Source: Octopus vulgaris
Lineage: Eukaryota
Length of the DNA stretch: 64,000 bases
Assembly (NCBI GenBank): GCA_951406725.2
Contig: OX597822.1
Coordinates: 30,256,001-30,320,000 of the forward strand
Reading direction: 5' to 3'
Shown here: positions 1 to 13,970 of the stretch, in pieces
Numbering within the stretch: the stretch's first letter is position 1
How the letters are laid out: each line of letters starts with the position of its first letter
The notes under the pieces: model-generated
Seen by the model: only the letters and a program-made list of their open reading frames with translations
The model's database searches: none
What the model was told of the DNA's origin: nothing
Position numbers and translations under genes: made by a program

Positions 1-134
1 TTATATACTAATAAACTGTATGTTTATGTTTTTTACCCAATGAAGTAACATTGTTATTGATATAGTTAATAAAAACCAGGAAATTCTTCGGATAATTAAT
101 ATCCTTTAAGTGTATATACATCGAACTAAACTGT

Positions 135-198
<64 letters not shown>

Positions 199-219
199 CT
201 ACATGTGGATTGTTGTCGA

Positions 220-255
<36 letters not shown>

Positions 256-450
256 ATATGTATAAAGGTTCATAATATAAGGGTAAACTATTTGCATATA
301 TAAATTAAATCATACAATTTAATGTGAAATTTATAACATAAACACACACACACACATATATATATATCTGTGTATGTGTGTATGTGTGTATGTGTACTGT
401 TTGCTTTTATATTATAATGAAAACATTAAATTGAAAGGATAAATGGCTAA

Positions 451-481
<31 letters not shown>

Positions 482-1176
482 CAGGGAGAGAGAGAAACAA
501 ATAGAGAGAGAAAGACATATGTATACACACAGGCACATACATATATACATATTTATAGACATATACATATAGGGAGGGAGAGAGAGCGAATCAATGATGC
601 AGAATTAGTGGATGAAAAGAAGACAGTGTGTTAGAGGCGTGATTTGTTGAAAATGTAAAGAAAATTTCGTTGCCCTTTATTTCGCTAATGGTTCACGAAA
701 TATTAATTAAAACTATTCTTAAATCTTAAACAAAAACATTAATATAAACCTTATGCAAGCATGCTCTAAAACAAATGAACACAGACATAAATTCATCGGT
801 ACATACAAGCATATAGACATGCATATATATTTACATATATAACAGATTCATACATGCGTTGATTTTTATAATTACATGTATTCATGATAATTATGCTCAG
901 CAGACGTTGAAAAGTTCTTAAAAACAAAAGTGAAAGGAAATCTATGTCAATCTAATGAGACATCCCAAAATATGCATAAGATTCCAGACGTTCAGTCTAT
1001 GCATGTAAGTATGTGTGTGAGTGTGTATGTGTAAAATTCAGTTGTATAAGTTGGTGCAACTAGTTGAGTCGGAATGATATATACACACAAAACAATAATC
1101 CTTCATTTGTTACACACACACACACACATATATATATATATGTATGTATGTATGTATATGTATATATATGTATATA

Positions 1177-1251
<75 letters not shown>

Positions 1252-1301
1252 ATACACACATACACGTGTAGACATATGAACAGCCAGACTTTCATACATA
1301 C

Positions 1302-1336
<35 letters not shown>

Positions 1337-1619
1337 TGTATGTATGTGTATATATGTGTGTGTGTATGTGAGTGTTTGTATGTGTGTGTGTACTACATCG
1401 AGTGAAAAGTATTTTCAGACTTTCATTGATGGCTTTTGGCAACTCGTATCTCCACGTTATATTCTTAATTTGATAAAAACTTGTCCAGTCGTAGCTAAAT
1501 TATTTATTCTTTATTTTCATATCTAACATATAAACATAGTTCATTCTTTATTTTACAGCTTTCGTAATAAATGGTGAAAAATTCCAATTAGAACCATTTT
1601 ATGTTTCCTATAAATATGT

Positions 1620-2645
1620 TTATATTATTCTTTAGCTAAAGACTCACAAAAGTTTAATAATGCCAAAATCTCATAATGCAAACCCAGCGAGTTAACGGAT
1701 ATCCGTTCCTGTTTTTTATGGTAATAAACGAATCCATAATTATCTATGACCACTTGTCTTAATACAAACCGGATTAGATTTTCTTGATAAGAGAACTGGC
1801 AGCTGAATGTTTTGTCAATGTTTAATTGATCGTACAATAGAATCGATGTATGTCGCAATAAAATGCTAAAGCGGTAACTAACTTGCTGTGTTGTAAAAAA
1901 ATCCTCAGCAAACTTTAAAACTTGTCAACCTTCAGGTATTCACACATAAATCTATAATAAACTATTTCGTGCATACACATACTGTATTGTCATATTATCT
2001 TGACACAAGGCGTTCGGAATATATAATTTCGATTGAGTCAACACCAATACAAATCTGTATTTGTACCAAGACGAAAGTAAACAAATACTTATTTCATTAC
2101 TACCCACAAGGGGCTAAACACAGAGGGGACAAACAAGGACAGACAAACGGATTAAGTCGATTATATCGACCCCAGTGCGTAACTGGTACTTATTTAATCG
2201 ACTCCGAAAGGATGAAAGGCAAAGTGGACCTCGGTGGAATTTGAACTCAGAAGACGAAAATAAATAAATACTATGACTCATTCAATTCAACGATACAACA
2301 GCAACACGGCATTTGTACAGATGTAAACTAGAATCATTTCGAAAATATGTATAATAATTTTCGTATTACATTTCTTGTGAGATCATTTAACATTCATAAA
2401 CTTTTACTGGTTCTGATCCAGACATATTACTAGTAACAATTTATAATTAATTTGTATTTATAGTTATGGTATAGTTATATCAAAAATCATAGAAGACTTA
2501 GTCTTTACTCGCGCGTATGATACGGTAGCATCTACCACGATTTCACTAATTGTTTTTCGTGTGCATGTAGTTGCGAGCAAGCACAAAATCTCTCTCGGGT
2601 GTCTTGGTGCAATGACAGGAGGAATGTATAGAATATTCTGGATTT
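1620..2645 (+). repeat. Copy 1 of an old ~0.85 kb direct duplication (copy 2 at ~3370-4225)
   Basis: Shared colinear blocks: ttgtcttaatacaaaccggattag, acaatagaatcgat, gtattacatttcttgtgaga, tcttggtgcaa. Confidence 0.85.
2090..2250 (-). mobile_element. 5'-truncated SINE family A (young tail) with ~22 bp TSD
   Basis: Matches other A copies; flanked by aagacgaaagtaaacaaatact (2068-2089) and aagacgaaaataaataaatact (2251-2272). Confidence 0.9.
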
Positions 2646-2903
2646 TAACTTAGCAACAGATTGTGATATATAGTGAATAATTTACGAACAGTTTACCCCC
2701 ACAGGATGCTCTTCTCCAACTGGCGACTGGAGATCGCAACAACTTTGGAATTTCAGGCAGTATCGCTTCGTCCTGCAGTATCAAGCATTCCTGAAGCCCC
2801 GAAGAAATACCTGAGTTCTTTCGGGATAGCCTGTAGTACGCATTTCTCCACGTTATCTCCCTTCCACCACATACACGCGCGCGTACGCAGAAGTATGAAT
2901 GCA

Positions 2904-2955
<52 letters not shown>

Positions 2956-3369
2956 AAGTGAGAGAGAAGGGAGAGAGAGACGTTACAATTTATTTTATTA
3001 AACATAATTAATATAAATACTTTCCCTCTATCCATAAATATAAAGAGAAATATGCTCGTACACATTAACGAAGAAAGAGAGGAAGACAAAGAAAGAGGGA
3101 GAGGGGTAGAAAGAGAGGAGGGGGAGGGAGAGAAAGAAAGCAATATGAAATAACTGATGTCAAATAAGTCAACATCGAAACAACAACATCAAGTAATCAG
3201 CGCCAAAACGGTTGTGCCAAAACGGTTGGGCCAAAACGTCTCATAGCATTTATTTCACTTCAAGAGACATTGTGTTTGAAGTAACAGTTCTATCACTTAT
3301 GTATATAATAGGCAATACATTATTTACGCCGTATACAAACTCTATTAATGATTTTGTTTGTTAATTTGT

Positions 3370-4225
3370 TTATATTATCCTTTAACTAGAAGCATCCTAT
3401 AGTTTAATAATACTAAAAGTTCAATAAAAATCTTGTTTGGTAACGGTAACAGTTCTCGTTTTTAAAGTAATAAAGTAATCCATAATTATTTTCAACAACA
3501 AACCATTTGTCTTAATACAAACCGGATTAGGTGTTCGTGATAAGAAAATTCAGAAATGAATGTTTCTTTCCAGTGTTTAATTGATTTTACAATAGAATCG
3601 ATTTTGAAGTTTGTCAAAATGAATGTATGTCATTGTAAAGATGTCAGTTTAGAAACTAACTTTCTGTGTGAAAAAATACACAACAAACTCCAAAATTTGT
3701 TTTCAATTTGTCTTGCTTCAAGTATTTACTCACACATAAATAATTTCGTACCTGTAAATATTGATATATTACATTGACATAAGGCAACAGAGATATATAA
3801 TTTTGACAGAATCGACGCCAGTACAAGTCTGGATTATTATTTTATCTGCAGATACAGATCAAGACGACAATAAATAACCCTCTCAATTCACTGATTCTAC
3901 AACAGCACAGCATTTGTTTAAATGTAAATCGAAATCATTTGGAAAACAAATATGAGAAATTTTGTATTACATTTCTTGTGAGACTATTTGAACTTTATAT
4001 ACTGTTATATACGTTAGCCCTAGCATAATACTGGTAACAATTCATAATTCGCTTGTATTTATAGTTAGAAAAAAAAATCATAAAATCTATAGCGGATATT
4101 CGCAAGCGAGTATGACTCTCATGTACCAAACTTTCACTGATTGTTTTCCATGTCTAATCACGAGCAAAACTCTCTCGAGCGTCTTGGTGCAAATAAAGCA
4201 GAAATACATTGAATATTTTGATCGG
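3370..4225 (+). repeat. Copy 2 of the old direct duplication (lacks the SINE)
   Basis: Same blocks as 1620-2645; a single aagacgacaataaataa at 3861 is the empty SINE site. Confidence 0.85.
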
Positions 4226-4280
4226 AAAAGGAGAATACAGAACGCGCATTAGACTTTTACTTAACTATAGGGTCATGATA

Positions 4281-4528
4281 AATAAATAAATAAATGCGCC
4301 CTTTTAAAGCCTAGCCAGACTCATGGGCCCGGTTTCTATGGCGTATGTACTCCCCAGCTGGACGGGACGCCATTTTTGTTACTCATTTTTGCCAGCTGAG
4401 TGGACTGGAGCAACGTGAAATGAAGTGTTTTGCTCAAGAACACAACGCGTCGCCCGGTTCAGGAATCGAAACCACAATCTTACGATCGTGATGCTGACAC
4501 CCTAACCACTAAACCACGCGCCTCTACG
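4281..4528 (-). mobile_element. tRNA-derived SINE family C (head C2, tail t1) with 13 bp TSD
   Basis: A-box-like tggtttagtgg and B-box-like gtttcgattcc on the minus strand; (TTTA)n tail; TSD tagggt(c/t)atgata at 4268-4280 and 4529-4541. Confidence 0.85.
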
Positions 4529-6446
4529 TAGGGTTATGATACACATTCGATATTTTACAGACAGACACACACAGGAAACAGTAAAGGAATTTGAATGCAT
4601 CTTGATCCAAGGATCGGCATTTAGTTAATTACGGAATCAACAGGAAACGTGATAAAATGCTCTTTTTATGCTTTTATACCATGCGACTTGTTAGCTATTG
4701 AATCACTCTTTGTATTGCAGTAAAATATTCTTCAGCATTTTGGGTTAACAGCGACATCAAATACCAAAGCTTCGAGATATATAAAAATGTCAAGTTACAT
4801 TCAACGGTTGAATGATTGAAACTAAGAAACGTGATGAGCTCGACAATAAATCAAATGCGATAAATATCACAGAAGAATGCATCTTTTAGGTGCCTTAAAG
4901 GACACGATAGGCACAAATAACTATTGAGAATCAGATCACAGCAAATAGGATGACCTAGAGGCATTATATGACGATGTGAAGATTTATGGGCTATATACAT
5001 TTGCGGCTCATCTCTCTTGACTACTGATGGTACCATGCGGCTGACTTACGAAAACGAAATTGCGTGGAAAGAAGGATCACTTTAAAATTGTTTTAAATAC
5101 TGATTCATAAATTAATTAACGAGAATATTCTTCAATCAGTTCCACAGAAGCGTGAAATTATACAGCTTGTTTATAAACCTGAGTGGGTGGGTATACATTT
5201 GAAACCTACAGATATAATGCGAAGAAATTGTGTCGTCAACTTTCTTTGATACAAAGCAACTGAGATATACCCTAAAACTTTAAAAGGATATCACCATCAA
5301 ATATCTATTAAAAAACGAATAGACATAGGATAGATAACAAACTGTGGAGAAAAAACAGTTACAATGTAAGAACAAATTTCTGTATCTGCAATATTGTCAG
5401 CAGTTTGTTCTGATCATATTGCTACATGGCTACATGGGAGAATTATGATTTTGTTTGATAAATCTTTGGCCAGCTAGTTATCTCACCGGTGCCATAAAAA
5501 ACATCGAAACTGAAGGAGAAATTCGTCATCATCATCATCATCATCATCTATAGTTAAAGATATATACAAGTATGTATAGACATGTAATGTTATGCATATG
5601 TACACACACACACACGCACACACATATACATATATATATGTCTATGTCGTATGTGTGTGTACAAGCACTTCATATAAAGTATCATAAATTCATGTTTTCA
5701 TTAGCCTATACTTAAAGATCAATTGAACGAGGACTGAAACATAACGATTCACCTGTTTAACGGTTAAATAGTTCTTAATAATGTCCAACAAAAAACGTCT
5801 TCCTCGCTTCTGGTCTGACAAGTGACAAGTATTGTTTGAAAATAATAACCACAAGAAAATCAACAACTTGCTTCTCGATATATCAATATATTTTGTTCTT
5901 TCGTTCCACTAATTCATTGATGAAGGATTTACAACTCAGCCCTGGACTGAATGACACTCATTACAATCGAAATGACTTTTGTGGATGTAACAAATCTTTT
6001 GACTATGGTATATTTGTTAATATGAGACTTTGGAGACAAAATGGAGACATTTTTCATCTCTTACTGTAATTCAATAGCTTTTCTAATATGTTTATGTAAC
6101 TCAGATCCTGATCAGCAACATGTACTTGGAGTATAGACTCTCACAAATTAAAGGTTTTCGTGAGTTCTAGGACTCATAAAGCTGGAGATCAATCTGCTTC
6201 CCATAGAATCGTGGTGTCTAACATCATACTACAACCCACTGAACAGGACACCGGTCAGTCACCAGGTTAACTTCTGAGTCAATGGTGAGAGTCATTCACA
6301 GCTGAATGGATTAGAGCAACATGAAACAATGTGTTTTTCTGAAGAAAACAACAGACCGCTCTGTCCCAGAATCGAAACCGCGATCGTAGGAACGTGAGTA
6401 CAATACCCTAACCACTAGGCTACGCGTCATACACTCTGTAAATATA

Positions 6447-6741
6447 AAAACGATAACCGTCGCCCTTTTCAAGCCTAGCCAGGCTCATGGACCCGGTTTC
6501 CAGGTATCTGCTGGACGGGACGCCAGTCCATCGCAGCGTTGCTCAAGAAACAGGAAGCGAGCGTGAGAGAAAGTTGTGGCGAAAGAGTACAACAGGGGTC
6601 GCCACCACCCCCTGCCGGAGCCCCGTGGAGCTTTTAGGTGTTTTCGCTCAATAAACACACACAACGCCCAGTCTGATAATCGAAACCGCGATCCTCCGAC
6701 CGCGAGTCCGCTGCCCTAACCACTGGGCCATTGCGCCTCCC
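6447..6741 (-). mobile_element. tRNA-derived SINE family C (head C1, tail t1) with 11 bp TSD
   Basis: Head ggaggcgcaatggcccagtggttagggcagcgg; TSD ctgtaaatata at 6436-6446 and 6742-6752. Confidence 0.9.
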
Positions 6742-7733
6742 CTGTAAATATACATGAGATGAATTTACGAGGTTAAATTTAATCAGTGGCAATACTCTCT
6801 TTCTGTCTGTCCATCTCTGTCTCTTTCTGGAAGAAATCGGTTGTCGTCTTACCTAGGGTAGGATAAACACCGACTGATCTAGAACTGACTAAGACACGCC
6901 ATTTGCTATGATGTCTCCCCTGAGAATCCACCAGAATTTTGGGGTTTGAGGCCAGGCAAGCAATATTTATGTGCGTATGATTTGACAGAGATTAACGTAT
7001 TTTTTTCTTTATTGTCACTGTTTTCTTTTACATTTCTTTGTTCTTCTGTGTCTAACTTTCTGAAGAAGAACTTAAGCGCGAATCGACAAAGAAACTTTGG
7101 CTTCCTTAAGCTTTCATTTAGTGTTAAATGAATAATCGCACGTTGTTTTTATTTTCTCTTCTCTGTTATTTTTGGCATTAATTTTGGACATCTGCACACA
7201 CACACAGGCACAAAGACAAAGAGACACACACATATAAACACACACAAACACACATACACAGACAAACGCCCACACAACATACATTGACACGCATGAACAA
7301 ATACAAATACACACGAACACGTAATCAATATGGACATTGAAAGACAAGCTGGAAACAAGAGGATAGGTCATTGTGACATTGATCTTCACAAGATCGTTTA
7401 GATAAGTCAGATCAATTCGGTTTATGTTGAGGTTCAAAATCATTATATCGCCGACAATGCATTACACTTGAAGTAGGAGGGGTTATCAGAAGATTGACAG
7501 CTCGAGGGAGGAAAGACTGCCGGGAGGTAGTTAGTGCAGCGCTTAGTGTTTAGGACACAACAAACGTGAGAGAGAAGGAGAGACGAATGGCTATCCGAGT
7601 TGATGTTATGCAACCGGCCAATTCACAATTCAGAAGATTAGACAAGCAATTTCTCAACAAGAATCCAGATTGCAAATGACACTGTTATTAACGCTAAAAG
7701 TGGCATTTATCCATCTATGTATGGACCGCTCAC

Positions 7734-7814
<81 letters not shown>

Positions 7815-7858
7815 CAGAAACAGACATACACACATATATATGTTATGTGTGTGTGTGT

Positions 7859-7920
<62 letters not shown>

Positions 7921-7999
7921 CCGCACGTATCATTCCAGCTGATAAAGCAATATTCGGTGTTTTAATAAGACATTCATATATTTGTTTGTATGTATATAT

Positions 8000-8199
8000 G
8001 TTGGACCATTAGCTCCGCACGCATTTTTTTCTCTCCTTGTTTCTCTCCTTGTTTCTTTTCTGTGTATCTTTCTGTCGAAGAGCGTAGGCTCGAAAAGTAA
8101 AAGACTTGTTTTATTTCTATTCCTGAGCGCCATACTAATACAATTGTTTGTTTGTACTCCACCTGCCTTCGTCTTTTGTTTATTTTCGTAAACCTTCCC

Positions 8200-8200
<1 letters not shown>
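8000..8200 (+). mobile_element. Penelope-like/retrozyme-like repeat with a hammerhead-like motif (family H1)
   Basis: Homologous to 51285-51492; both end ttcccg followed by (TA)n; hammerhead-like fold at 8067-8104. Confidence 0.65.
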
Positions 8201-8250
<50 letters not shown>

Positions 8251-8281
8251 TATATACATACATATATATATATATACATAC

Positions 8282-8358
<77 letters not shown>

Positions 8359-8413
8359 GGTGCCCCAGAATGGCCACAGCTCATAAGCTGAAACTGGAAT
8401 CAATCAATCAATC

Positions 8414-8447
<34 letters not shown>

Positions 8448-8450
8448 ATA

Positions 8451-8589
8451 GGATTTTAAGAATTTGCGTCAGTCTTTTTTGCTTTATTTCCGTGAAACCG
8501 AGTTTTACTAGGTTTTTGTACAAATTTGTTGGTACATAACCTAATGCACCTATGAAGATAGGTACAAATGCGAATTCATAGTCAGGGAA
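8451..8589 (-). pseudogene. R4/Dong-like (RLE) non-LTR retrotransposon C-terminal fragment
   Basis: Translates to FPDYEFAFVPIFIGALGYVPTNLYKNLVKLGF, the VPIxIGALG motif that follows restriction-like endonuclease domains. Confidence 0.7.
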
Positions 8590-8610
8590 TATACATACAT
8601 ATATGTATGT

Positions 8611-8971
8611 CATCATTCAGTGTTAAGATTTCTATCCTAGATCCAAGGCTCCTTCATTGTAATTCCAACAACATCAGCAAGGTCTTTTTGCAAGTATATA
8701 TATATATATATGCGCAGTATTCGGAGTCAGAGAGCGCGTGCATATTTATATGTTATATTTTACGTGTGTATATAGTTGCATGTCTAGACATGCGCACATA
8801 TACTTAAATGATAAACATCTGGAAAGTTTTACAGATTTTTACAGTTCCAGTGATGGATTGGATCTGTAGTCCTTGAATCAGCTTTCTCCTTACTGGTTTT
8901 GAGAAGTCTAATTCCTCAAGATTGGTATCTAAGCAGTGTGTTATATATCCCATTTCCCCAATAATTACAAG
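8611..8971 (-). mobile_element. 3' end (ORF end plus 3'UTR) of an R4/Dong-like RLE retrotransposon in (TACA)n
   Basis: LVIIGEMGYITHCLDTNLEELDFSKPVRRKLIQGLQIQSITGTVKICKTFQMFII-stop (8804-8806); its 3'UTR matches 40411-40523; TACA repeats on both sides. Confidence 0.7.
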
Positions 8972-9398
8972 TGTATGTATGTATGTATGTATGTATGTAT
9001 GTATGTATGTATGTATATATGTATGCTTCCATGTATGTATGTGTGTATGTATGTATGTGTGTATGTATATGTATATTGTTTCTGGCTTAATTTCTTTGAG
9101 GCAAAAGACACGGCCTCTACGTTTATTCAAGGTCTTAGCAAATTAATAGAAACGTCATCTCAGATATTCAATAGAAGATACAATGGAAAAAAATCACTGT
9201 TTTATTACGCTTCCCCGTCTGAGGCAGTAATTATTCAGCACTGAATGCTAACAAAATACTACTCAATTATACAATTATATTGTCTATGCCTAATGAATTG
9301 CATTTCAGCGCCTTGCTTTATTATTGGTGTGCAGAGAAAGCTATTGATAGTTTAATGGTTTTATCTTGGATAGAGCAAAAGTGGGATATACACAGTAG

Positions 9399-9470
<72 letters not shown>

Positions 9471-9509
9471 GTCTGTCTATCTGTCTATCTGTTTGACTGT
9501 CTGTCTTTG

Positions 9510-9551
<42 letters not shown>

Positions 9552-9682
9552 GATTCTCTCTCTCCACCCCTTCTCTCTTTCTCTACTTTTAGACAAAACA
9601 TTAATCTTTGTTGTTTCCTCTATTGCACTGACGTAACTTTTTAATTTCTCGTTTTGTATTCACGTGCGTTCATATATTCATA

Positions 9683-10204
9683 CCGTAAATCCTTGAATAT
9701 AATCCGCATTTTTTCCCCAAAATTTAGTGGTCAAAATCCTTAGTGCGTACTATATACGAGGTTAAAAATGAAAAATATTTTCTAAGCAATGTCCGAGTCT
9801 CTATTTGCTGTCCGGCAATGTTTATTCAGACACATTTTGGGATGTCGGGCATGAAAATACCTTAAGATAAGCCTGAAAGCAATGAAGTCATAAAAGAATC
9901 ATCCATAACTTGCAGTAAACAACATTTATTAAAATAGAAGTTTTCAGAACACAGAATAACATGTAACAAAAACAATTTGCAAGCGTATTTACATTCCCAT
10001 ATAACAGTTAAGAACATCACCATTATTGTATTACGCATGCGCTGAAGTATTTGTTCGACTAGGTGCTGCTGGCTTAATTATGCACGACTCAAGTTAGAGA
10101 AGGAGTGCGTATTATACACAATATTTAGGTTTTTCAGAGGCACAGCCCCCTAAAAATCTCCTGCGTATTATACTCAAGTGCTGACTATACTCGAAGATTT
10201 ACGG
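9683..10204. mobile_element. Tc1/mariner-superfamily (Tc2/pogo-type) MITE, TA TSD
   Basis: TA|ccgtaaatccttgaatata ... tatactcgaagatttacgg|TA; a second copy is inverted at 55304-55813. Confidence 0.9.
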
Positions 10205-10562
10205 TATGTCACTGTTTGTGTATGTATGTGTGTTTGCGTGTATTGGCTATATCAACATACAAAATGTTTCGTTAACGCACTGACACCTGTGAGTAATGAC
10301 GTTATACAATCAATTACTTGAAGCTCAGGTTTCGGTTTCACCCCTTCTGCATATTCTCTATCACGATTGTCGAGACGGTGACCCGATAGAAATCTGAAAC
10401 TCAGAATTTGCACTGGGTATGAAGTACGAAGTTCGTCACCGATTGACTAAACTTTAGTACATTATACTCACTTTCTCTTTTTCTCTCTTGTTTGTATGTC
10501 CAAATGTATGCATGTATGTATGCATGCTTGTATGTATATACATATGTAGAGATATACTTATA

Positions 10563-10593
<31 letters not shown>

Positions 10594-10820
10594 GCGTATA
10601 GGCACAGACGTGGCTGCGTGTAAGAAGCTTGCTTCCCAACGACATTGTTCCGGGTTCAGTCCCAATGCGTGACAACTTTGGCAAGTGTCTTGGGCCGACC
10701 AGAGCCTTGTGAGTGCATTTGGTAGACGGAAAGTGGAAGATGCTCGTCGTGTATATATATATATATATATATCATAATATAATATAACATAATAGATAGA
10801 TAGATAGATGGGTGGATATA

Positions 10821-10872
<52 letters not shown>

Positions 10873-10994
10873 TATATATATATATATATACATATATGTA
10901 TGAATATATATGTTATATATATATGTATATGATGTATATGCATATATATATATATATCCACCCATCTATCTATCTATCTACCCATTATAATATA

Positions 10995-11048
<54 letters not shown>

Positions 11049-11089
11049 GTATATATATATTTATATACGCATACATATAGATAGATGCG

Positions 11090-11377
11090 TTTCTTTATTG
11101 GCCACACAGGGCTGAACACACATGGGGATAAAATACAAAGTAGAACTTTTCTATTTGTGAAGAGAAAAAAAAGGGGCTTAGAAATTCGATCAATAGGGAT
11201 CGTGTATCACAGAAATTTCATAATGTAAAAAGGGAAACAGATTAGGTTTATCCGTGGAAAGAAAAGCCTGCGGAAAAGACCACGATAACCTCGGTCAATA
11301 ATGTCATGCAAAAAACACATTACAGCAAGTGACTCTTTTTTCCTTCCTTTTTCTGGATCATAGGATTATGCTCAAGG
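11090..11377 (-). mobile_element. LINE 3' end (probably L1/Tx1 clade) sharing its terminal tail with SINE A
   Basis: Minus strand ends ccccatgtgtgttcagccctgtgtggccaataaagaaa versus SINE A cccctctgtgtttagccccttgtgggcaataaagaaa; upstream sequence is unrelated to the SINE. The clade assignment is inference. Confidence 0.55.
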
Positions 11378-11603
11378 TGGCTCATGGGCCCGGTTTCCTG
11401 GTTTCAATGGCGTATGTCTTCCCCAGCTGGACGTGACGCCAGCCTATCACAGCGTTACTCATTTTTGCCGGCTGAGTGGACTGGAGCAACGTGAAATGAA
11501 GTGTTTTGCTCAAGGACACAACGCGTCGTCCGCCGGTCCAGGAATCGAAACCACAATCTTACAATCATGATGCTGACACCCTAACCACTAAGCCACGCGC
11601 CTC
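11378..11603 (-). mobile_element. SINE family C (head C2, tail t1)
   Basis: Near-identical to 4281-4528. Confidence 0.85.
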
Positions 11604-11650
11604 CCATAAACTTCATACGCTATATAAATGTAGATATAAATATGAATATA

Positions 11651-11881
11651 TATTTCTTTACTACCCACAAGGGGCTAAACATAGAGGGGACAAACAAGGA
11701 CAGACAAACGGATTAAGTCGATTACATCGACCCCAGTGCGTAACTGGTACTTTATTTATCGACCCTAAAAGGATGAAAGGCAAAGTCGACCTCGGCGGAA
11801 TTTGAACTCAGAACGTAACAGCAGACGAAATACGGCTACGCATTTCGCCCGGCGTGCTAACGTTTCTGCCAGCTTGCCGCC
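11651..11881 (-). mobile_element. Full-length SINE family A
   Basis: Head ggcggcaagctggcagaaacgttagc, B-box gagttcaaattcc, tail aaagaaata; flanked by duplicated tataaatatgaatata. Confidence 0.9.
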
Positions 11882-11912
11882 TTATAAATATGAATATAAA
11901 TACACACACACT

Positions 11913-11961
<49 letters not shown>

Positions 11962-12422
11962 AAGAGTGTCGTGCGTTTAGCGGAACCGTGGGAAGTACAT
12001 TTATCATGACATAACAGAGGAAATCTTAACGTGATGCATCCCTAAGTGCGGTCATTCTTTTTCTTTTGTTCTATGTTCTTTGAAGCGATGTGAACATGCT
12101 CGTACTTTGAGAGCGATGAATGTGCAACGAATATTTGCATTCTTTGCTGCGGAACTATTTGTAATCATTAAGACTCGGTCGTGAAACAGAAGAAGAAAAA
12201 CAGGCTCCGAGCAAAACGAAAATATAACAAAGCCAAACAAACAACAAGATGAGCAAATAATTGAATAAATCTTAATTAAACAAGCTATTTTATGTTCATT
12301 ATTTTCCTGTCGATCTTGCTTTCAAATAATTCTTTTCTCTTGCTCGAATTTTTCTCATCTCATTCTCTATACATATATGCATGTGAAACTCCTTATTCTC
12401 TCTGTCCTCATATATATATATT

Positions 12423-12486
<64 letters not shown>

Positions 12487-12598
12487 TATCAACATTCCAG
12501 GCAAACTTTCCCAAACGTCTTTCTCTCACATACCGAAGTCTAAAGCTAACGATATAATTACTTGTACATAAACAAAAAAACACGAGTCGCTTAAACAA

Positions 12599-12666
<68 letters not shown>

Positions 12667-13584
12667 ATATCAATATATGTGTGTGTGTATGTATGTGTAT
12701 CATTTAATCATACAAAAGCTGTCAAACCACGCTGCTAATAGTCTCAAAGATATTTAAATTGGTTGAGAACTTTTGACTCATACTTGCCTACGTTACTTCA
12801 AAAAGTGATCTTTTTGCTCTTGGGCCTTTCATGATTTTATGTGTTTTTGCTTGCCCCAAACAAATAAATTTGTTGGGCGATACATGTCATATGAGTCAAG
12901 CATGTATGATGATAAGTATCCAGCACGGAATTTTGTCGGTGAACAGGTCGCGGTCCCAAAGCGACGAAAATATTTTGACAAATTAAATTTAAATGTTGAA
13001 GTGAATCTAATGGTTTCTGTGTTTTTTAAATGGCTTATAAACACCTTCCACGCTGCAATTGTTTATTAAATTTGCTTAGCAGAAAACATCTGAACTTTGT
13101 TATCAACTAAGATGACAGCTGTAGATATATTCCGGTCTTATTAGACTTCGTTAATGAAGCATACTCTTCTCAAAAACTGCTTTGATCAATGGAAAGAGAT
13201 TTTGGAAAAATAGATGAATTTTGATCGGAGTGAAAAAGAAAAAAAAGAAAAGACAGTGAAATATGGAAAATAAATGAACAAATGAACCAAAAATGGATTA
13301 AAATCATTGAAGTAGGTGGTAATATACTGATGGATAATGAACGCCACTAAAAGCTTTCAACACGAAATTTTGCCTTTTAGTTGGAGAGGTATAACGGTGG
13401 GTAGTTTCAGTCCGTTTCAAATATGAGCCAATGGAGAAAACATTTAACATATTATTCGATTGGTTAAATATATCAGTGAGATACGCTTCAAACTTTCCAC
13501 CTTGATGTCATAACGAAGATGGAACACGTTCGATTAATGTAGTCCTAGGTAAACTACTATATCTTAACGTGAGATTGACTTTAA

Positions 13585-13970
13585 GGCGGCGAGCTGCCAG
13601 AAACGTTAGCACGCCGGGCGAAATACGTGGCCGTATTTCGTCTGCCGTTACGTTCTGAGTTCAAATTTGACTTTGCCTTTCATCCTTTCGGGGTCGATAA
13701 ATTAAGTACCTGTTACGCACTGGGGTCGATGTAATCGACTTAATCCGTCTGTCTGTCCTTGTTTGTCCTTTCTGTGTTTAGCCCCTTGTGGGTAGTAAAG
13801 AAATAGGTATTTCGTCTGGCGCTACGTTCTGAGTTCATATTCCGCCGAGTTCAACTTTGCCTTTTATTCTTTCGAAATCGATAAAATAACTACCAGTCGA
13901 ACTCAGGTCGATACCTTCGACTTATTCCCTTCCCCGAAATTGCAGGCCTTGTGGACAGACTTCGATATCA
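13585..13970 (+). mobile_element. SINE A dimer (young-tail copy joined into an older-tail copy)
   Basis: Tail ...gtagtaaagaaatag is followed directly by the internal sequence gtatttcgtc at 13807. Confidence 0.85.

Noticed and set aside
2700-2850. GC-richer patch with an acceptor-like cccccacag and a LINE-like minus-strand peptide (LQAIPKELRYF)
   Set aside because: No clean donor or consistent frame; similarity to RLE ends is too weak to call.
3202-3240. Three 14 bp tandem units gccaaaacggttg
   Set aside because: Resembles subterminal repeats of a DNA transposon, but no matching opposite end or TSD was found.
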